NCBI GenBank assembly: GCA_016931325.1
Contig: JAFGFC010000071.1
Location: 11,379-75,378, forward strand
From: Spirochaetota bacterium
GTDB lineage: Bacteria; Spirochaetota; JAHITG01; JAFGFC01
Length of the DNA stretch: 64,000 nucleotides
Direction of reading: 5' to 3'
Shown: positions 60,226-64,000 of the stretch, piece after piece
How positions within the stretch are numbered: position 1 is the stretch's first letter
Layout: each line of letters opens with the position of its first letter
The notes under the pieces: generated by a model
Seen by the model: only the letters and a program-made list of their open reading frames with translations
Databases searched by the model: none
What the model was told of the DNA's origin: nothing
Made by a program: the position numbers and the translations under genes

Positions 60226-60794
60226 TTACGGAACAATCATTGTATCATCAAAAGTAATTGTTATATTGACAGTGTGACCCTGGTTAATATTTATTGGATC
60301 ACCATTATTAGCCACTTGATTATTATACGCCTCAAGAGGATCTCCTGAATCAGGGCCATTGGACATTCCTGTGCCGTTCCCATCAAAGAAAGCACCGGCA
60401 TAACATGGATTAAAAAGAATATTGGTAAACGTAAATGTATAACCATTATTTGATGTGGAGGCATCCGCATTAAGATTATTGCATTGCGCCTCAATGACAT
60501 TAGAAGCATTTGAGGTCAGATCATCAGTATTACATACTCTTACTCCAATCATGTGAGTTCCATTAACAACTCCCCGTTGGAATTACCCGTATAATTGATA
60601 GTAATTTTTAGTGTTCTTTTTGTTGATGCAGGCGGTTCTTCAGGCGGGGTAGGGGTTAAAAGATCATCTTTTTCGTCACTGCAGGCGACCGAAAATAGAA
60701 AAATAGCAACAAGGAACAGATTGAATAAAATATATAATGTTCGGTTAATCATAAAAATTTCCCTCCTTGTATTAAAATTGGTTATTATAGACAT
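60226..60794 (-). pseudogene. Lipoprotein gene split into two overlapping ORFs by a frameshift within a G4 (minus-strand) homopolymer
   Basis: ORF 60549..60794 encodes a lipoprotein signal (LFSVAC) plus 50 aa. ORF 60226..60552 continues in the -1 frame with no signal peptide of its own. The frames can only be joined within 60556..60585, where the plus-strand cccc tract (60572-60575) lies. One extra G would give ...TGNSNGGVVNGTHMIGVRV... Confidence 0.45.
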
Positions 60795-60858
60795 AAATTA
60801 CTCTGTAAAAGTTGTCAAGCGCTATATTATGATTTCTTTTTTAAATGTTGCCTTTTAC

Positions 60859-60887
60859 TTGACGCCCCCTATTAAAAATATTATATT
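60859..60887 (+). promoter_or_regulatory. Sigma70-like promoter for the tRNA-Ser operon
   Basis: TTGACG - 17 nt - TATATT, ending 7 nt before the tRNA 5' end. Confidence 0.45.
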
Positions 60888-60893
60888 ACACGC

Positions 60894-60979
60894 GGAGAGA
60901 TGGCCGAGCGGACGAAGGCGGCGGTCTTGAAAACCGCTGATGGTTATGCCATCCGGGGGTTCGAATCCCTCTCTCTCCG
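60894..60979 (+). tRNA. tRNA-Ser (anticodon UGA), class II with long variable arm
   Basis: Acceptor GGAGAGA/TCTCTCC. Anticodon stem GCGGT/ACCGC with loop CTTGAAA. Variable arm GATGG-TTAT-GCCATC. T-loop GGTTCGAATCC. No encoded CCA. Confidence 0.85.
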
Positions 60980-60984
60980 TATGG

Positions 60985-61073
60985 GGAGAGGTGCTGGAGT
61001 GGACGATCAGGGCTGCCTGCTAAGCAGTTGTAGGGGTTAAACTCTACCGAGGGTTCGAATCCCTCCCTCTCCG
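60985..61073 (+). tRNA. tRNA-Ser (anticodon GCU), class II
   Basis: Acceptor GGAGAGG/CCTCTCC. Anticodon loop CTGCTAA. Long variable arm GTAG...CTAC. T-loop GGTTCGAATCC. Confidence 0.85.
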
Positions 61074-61089
61074 CATATAATGACTGTAG

Positions 61090-61107
61090 CCGAGCCTTCA
61101 GGCTCGG
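61090..61107. repeat. REP-like palindrome CCGAGCC-TTCA-GGCTCGG, copy 3
   Basis: Identical to the copy at 46259..46276, including the flanking TAG...AAA context. Confidence 0.5.
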
Positions 61108-61124
61108 AAAGTAAGGTAAATATT

Positions 61125-61388
61125 ATGAAACAGGAAATTAAAAATATCAGTGTAGAGTCAGTTTTCAGGATCATTTTTTTTATTACCCTGGTCATCACCG
61201 GATTTTTCAGCCTGCTCAATATTATTGTATCATTATTTACAGGACAATTATTAATGGCCCTGTTGATCTTTGCTGTCGGAGCCCCTTTGATCGCTCTTAT
61301 GGAAGGCGCCCTGGCCGCTCTGTTTATTTTTATTTATAACGCTTTTGCTAAAAAATTCGGTGGATTCATCATTGACCTTGGAAATTAA
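61125..61388 (+). CDS. Small hypothetical membrane protein (two TM helices); start trimmed to the ATG after the palindrome
   Basis: MKQEIKNISVESVFRIIFFITLVITGFFSLLNIIVSLFTGQLLMALLIFAVGAPLIALMEG... The tracked upstream extension would read through the REP-like hairpin. Confidence 0.4.
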   Translation: MKQEIKNISVESVFRIIFFITLVITGFFSLLNIIVSLFTGQLLMALLIFAVGAPLIALMEGALAALFIFIYNAFAKKFGGFIIDLGN

Positions 61389-61390
61389 TT

Positions 61391-61464
61391 GTGCCCATAG
61401 TTCAATTGGATAGAACGCTGGATTGCGGTTCCAGTGGTTAGAGGTTCAAGTCCTCTTGGGCACG
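61391..61464 (+). tRNA. tRNA-Arg (anticodon reads GCG)
   Basis: 74 nt. Acceptor GTGCCCA/TGGGCAC. D-stem GTTC/GAAC. Anticodon stem CTGGA/TCCAG with loop TTGCGGT. T-loop GGTTCAAGTCC. No G3:U70, so not Ala. Confidence 0.75.
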
Positions 61465-61467
61465 CAT

Positions 61468-62667
61468 ATGATCTACAAGTTACAATCTTTAGCCGGTCTT
61501 GTGCTTATTCTGGGACTGGCTTTCCTTCTCTCTACTAATAAAAAATCAATAAAACTGCGTGTTGTTGTATGGGGATTCGCTCTTCAGCTGATCCTGGCCT
61601 TAATTATTCTCAGAACCGATATCGGTTTTTTAATATTTGAGGGGGCCAAAAAAGCGGTGGGTGCCGTTATTAATTACAGCGACAAAGGGGCTGCTTTTGT
61701 TTTTGGAAATCTTGTCTATGATCAGGCTATAGGAGCGGTGATCGCTTTCAGGGTGCTTCCTATCATTATTTTTGTCTCGGCCCTGATGGGTATCCTTTCT
61801 TTTTTTGGTATTATCCAGTTCTTTGTAAAATTGATGGCCCGGCTTATGCAGAGAACCATGAAAATATCCGGAGCGGAATCATTAGGGGCCGCTATGCTTA
61901 TCTTCATGGGCATTGAAAGCAGCACAGGTCTGAAAGAGTATATTAGAAAAATGACCAGATCCGAAATATTTGTTTATATGAGCGCCTTCATGAGCACGAT
62001 CGCCACAAGTGTTATGGCTACTTATGTCAGCTTTGGGGCTCAGGCCGGTCATTTACTGGCAGCCTCTATTATGAGCGCTCCGGCAGCCGTAGCCATCGCC
62101 AAGATCATGATACCTGAAACAGAAAAACCGGACACTCTGGGAAGCAGTAAATTAAAATTAGAAACCAAGCCGTCTAACATCATTGAATCAATGGCTGATG
62201 GCGCTTCAACCGGTGCACACCTGGCTATTCAGATCGGGGCCATGCTTTTAGCGTTTATGGGTATCATCTATCTGATCAATGGCCTGTTAAATTATGCGGG
62301 ATTATCCATGGATAAGATCTTCAGCTATATTTTCTATCCTTTTGCTCTGGCTTTAGGTGTACCCGTAAAAGACGCGTCAGTCGTAGCCTCATTGTTAGGT
62401 ACAAAGACCGTATTTAATGAATTTTTGGCCTATATGAAGCTTCAGCCCCTGATCCAGTCACACGCCATTTCCGCCCGATCTATTGTTATCTCAACTTATG
62501 CCTTATGTGGTTTTGCCAATTTTGGAAGTATTGCGATTCTCATAGGGGGGCTGGCCGGTATCGCCCCGGAGAAAAAAAACATGATTGCTTCCCTGGGGAT
62601 CAAATCTCTGATTGCCGGTACTCTGGCTTCTTTCATGACAGCTATCATTGCGGGGTGGTTGATTTAA
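61468..62667 (+). CDS. nupC: Concentrative nucleoside transporter, NupC family; start trimmed to the ATG just after the tRNA
   Basis: MIYKLQSLAGLVLILGLAFLLS...LRVVVWGFALQLILALIIL is a typical CNT N-terminus. Polytopic, about 400 aa. Confidence 0.75.
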   Translation: MIYKLQSLAGLVLILGLAFLLSTNKKSIKLRVVVWGFALQLILALIILRTDIGFLIFEGAKKAVGAVINYSDKGAAFVFGNLVYDQAIGAVIAFRVLPIIIFVSALMGILSFFGIIQFFVKLMARLMQRTMKISGAESLGAAMLIFMGIESSTGLKEYIRKMTRSEIFVYMSAFMSTIATSVMATYVSFGAQAGHLLAASIMSAPAAVAIAKIMIPETEKPDTLGSSKLKLETKPSNIIESMADGASTGAHLAIQIGAMLLAFMGIIYLINGLLNYAGLSMDKIFSYIFYPFALALGVPVKDASVVASLLGTKTVFNEFLAYMKLQPLIQSHAISARSIVISTYALCGFANFGSIAILIGGLAGIAPEKKNMIASLGIKSLIAGTLASFMTAIIAGWLI

Positions 62668-62671
62668 TATG

Positions 62672-62818
62672 GTTCGACGCGCGACGTTCGAGGTTCGAAG
62701 TTCGACACACAGGAAGTGTGTCGGGTCGAATCCCTCCCCTGCAATTTGGAAAATTGCGGGGATCAAATCCCGGAAATGCTTCGCATTTCACAGGACATGG
62801 ATGGTTGGGATTCGACCA
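62672..62818 (+). repeat. Structured intergenic element, copy 2 (compact): five GTTCGAN heptads followed by a multi-stem module
   Basis: Heptads gttcgac gcgcgac gttcgag gttcgaa gttcgac. Hairpin cgacacac-aggaa-gtgtgtcg. Outer stem gggtcgaatccc/gggattcgacc encloses cccctgcaatt-tggaa-aattgcgggg and gaaatgc-ttc-gcatttc. Confidence 0.55.
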
Positions 62819-62871
62819 CTTTGTTTAATGATATAAGCAATTAACTATCTTTTATCTTATGGATAATAAAA

Positions 62872-64000
62872 ATGAAAGTATCTTTTATTAAATATAAATT
62901 TTTTCTTTATAGTATAATCGTGTTTATTATCTTCTCTTGCGGGAAAAGATCAATAGACGAAGTTGAACCCAATAATTCCAGAGCCCAATCACAAACCGTT
63001 ACCTTCCCTCTTTATCTGAAAGGATCCATAGAGAACTATGATAAGGATGTCTTTAAATTCATCAATCTTGAGGAAAATTATAATATCCAGATCGAATTAG
63101 AAACAGATGATATCAATCTGTTAAAATTATCACTCTTTCATCAGGATAATATGATCAAATCTGTTTCTCTCTCTGAAGGAGAGATAACCAATCGAGAAAA
63201 TCTTTTAATTATCAAGAACGTGTATCTCGAAAAAGGTATTTATCTCATCCAGATCGAACAGAAAGGTAACAACCCTGAAAAAACCCCTTATTTGTTAAGC
63301 CTTATAAAAAATATCCATGAAGAAGATGAAGAGATGGAACCCAATGACAGGATGGATCATGCTAATTTAATTGATATGGAAAAGGGTTATATTAAGGGAT
63401 ACTTTTCGCCGGGTTTTGAATCCCCTGATACGGGTCCGGAATGTGACTGGTTCAGGTTTTCCGTATCTGAGGCAAGTAATTTGCTGTCATTTGAATTGAC
63501 CGGAGTTCCTGGCATTGATCCTGTTATTGAATTATATAATGAACTCGGCATAATGATCAAAAGGATCGATAGCTTTGGATGGGATGAACCGGAAATCTTG
63601 AAAAATTTCGGCCTGGTAACAACGGGAGAATATTATTTCAAGATCTATTCTAAATCCAGGGGGCAGAAAAATAATTCTATCCCCTATCAATTCTATATCA
63701 GGCTGGACCGTTTCAACCCTGAATTTGAATTCGAGCCCAATGACAGCCTAAACAAGGCCAACCCGTTGATCGATTCCATAAAAGGGTACATTAATCCTGC
63801 CGGTGACACAGACTGGTTCAGTTTTTCGATTGAAGAAAACCGCTCTCTTTTAAATCTGACGGTCACACCGTTAAGTGATGTTGACCTGTTAATAAAGATC
63901 TATAATTCCATCGGCGAAATTTTCTTTCAATTGAATTCCGGTGAAAAAAATGAATCAGAAATTTTCCCGGACCTGTATATTGAAAAAGGGAAATATTTCC
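62872..64000 (+). CDS. Lipoprotein with three tandem pre-peptidase C-terminal (PPC)-like domains; runs off the window end
   Basis: Signal peptide with lipobox FSCG. Three repeats each begin E(V/M/F)EPN(N/D) and carry a D(T/C)DWF(R/S)F core. The frame is open to the window end. Confidence 0.5.
   Translation, partial: MKVSFIKYKFFLYSIIVFIIFSCGKRSIDEVEPNNSRAQSQTVTFPLYLKGSIENYDKDVFKFINLEENYNIQIELETDDINLLKLSLFHQDNMIKSVSLSEGEITNRENLLIIKNVYLEKGIYLIQIEQKGNNPEKTPYLLSLIKNIHEEDEEMEPNDRMDHANLIDMEKGYIKGYFSPGFESPDTGPECDWFRFSVSEASNLLSFELTGVPGIDPVIELYNELGIMIKRIDSFGWDEPEILKNFGLVTTGEYYFKIYSKSRGQKNNSIPYQFYIRLDRFNPEFEFEPNDSLNKANPLIDSIKGYINPAGDTDWFSFSIEENRSLLNLTVTPLSDVDLLIKIYNSIGEIFFQLNSGEKNESEIFPDLYIEKGKYF

Noticed and set aside
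40109-61107. Possible CRISPR array suggested by recurring short palindromes (CCGAGCCTTCAGGCTCGG) and the hairpin array at 58840-59040
   Set aside because: The copies lie 5 to 15 kb apart, or are tandem hairpins of differing sequence. There is no regular repeat-spacer periodicity and no cas genes.
61080-61124. N-terminal 15 residues of tracked ORF 61080..61388
   Set aside because: The extension reads through the REP-like hairpin (61090-61107). An ATG at 61125 gives a clean two-TM protein.
61423-61467. N-terminal extension of tracked ORF 61423..62667
   Set aside because: It overlaps the tRNA-Arg gene. The CNT-family N-terminus (MIYKLQSLAG...) starts at the ATG at 61468.
1-64000. Mobile genetic elements or a defence island (transposase, integrase, phage, toxin-antitoxin, restriction-modification)
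   Set aside because: No such proteins were recognised in any frame. The only nuclease-like domain is the C-terminus of the TPR protein at 56242..57459.

Overview
This 64 kb window is AT-rich and looks like densely packed core bacterial chromosome. I found no transposase, integrase, phage gene or CRISPR array. Several markers point to an uncultivated FCB-group (Bacteroidota-like) anaerobe: a T9SS-type C-terminal sorting domain, a gldA/gldF/gldG/DUF4340-like operon, a four-subunit 2-oxoacid:ferredoxin oxidoreductase, and an archaeal/eukaryal-type PheRS together with GlnRS. This assignment is an inference. Recognisable genes: pheT (partial) and pheS; a 1640-aa Ser/Thr-kinase/AAA/TPR/GAF/GGDEF protein; trmI; nadC; a HEAT-repeat protein; a partner-switching module with two paralogous RsbW-like kinases and one STAS protein; an MTH1187/YkoF-like protein; rimI; a four-gene GT2/PIG-L deacetylase/BshC-like/GT4 operon; dnaJ-grpE; argG; corA; an RRM protein; an FKBP; glnS; an SBBP/FN3/T9SS-CTD protein; an alpha/beta hydrolase; a CPBP protease; sixA; a CrtI-like oxidoreductase; a PAS hybrid histidine kinase; PBP1A; dcd; an Ig-like repeat protein; a mannose-1-P guanylyltransferase-like gene; rpsU; the gld-like ABC operon; three unnamed conserved proteins; porGDAB; a DapL-like aminotransferase; folK; panB; a membrane-anchored TPR/Mrr-nuclease protein; dinB; two tRNA-Ser and one tRNA-Arg; nupC; and a PPC-domain lipoprotein (partial). 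The most unusual content is non-coding. One family of highly structured intergenic elements contains tandem GTTCGAN heptad repeats followed by GGAATT/AATTCC hairpin modules. It occurs at three loci and shows compensatory stem changes between copies. The same heptad motif, in operator-like palindromic arrays, lies in the leaders of argG and of a second gene. A short REP-like palindrome, CCGAGCCTTYAGGCTCGG, recurs at four places.
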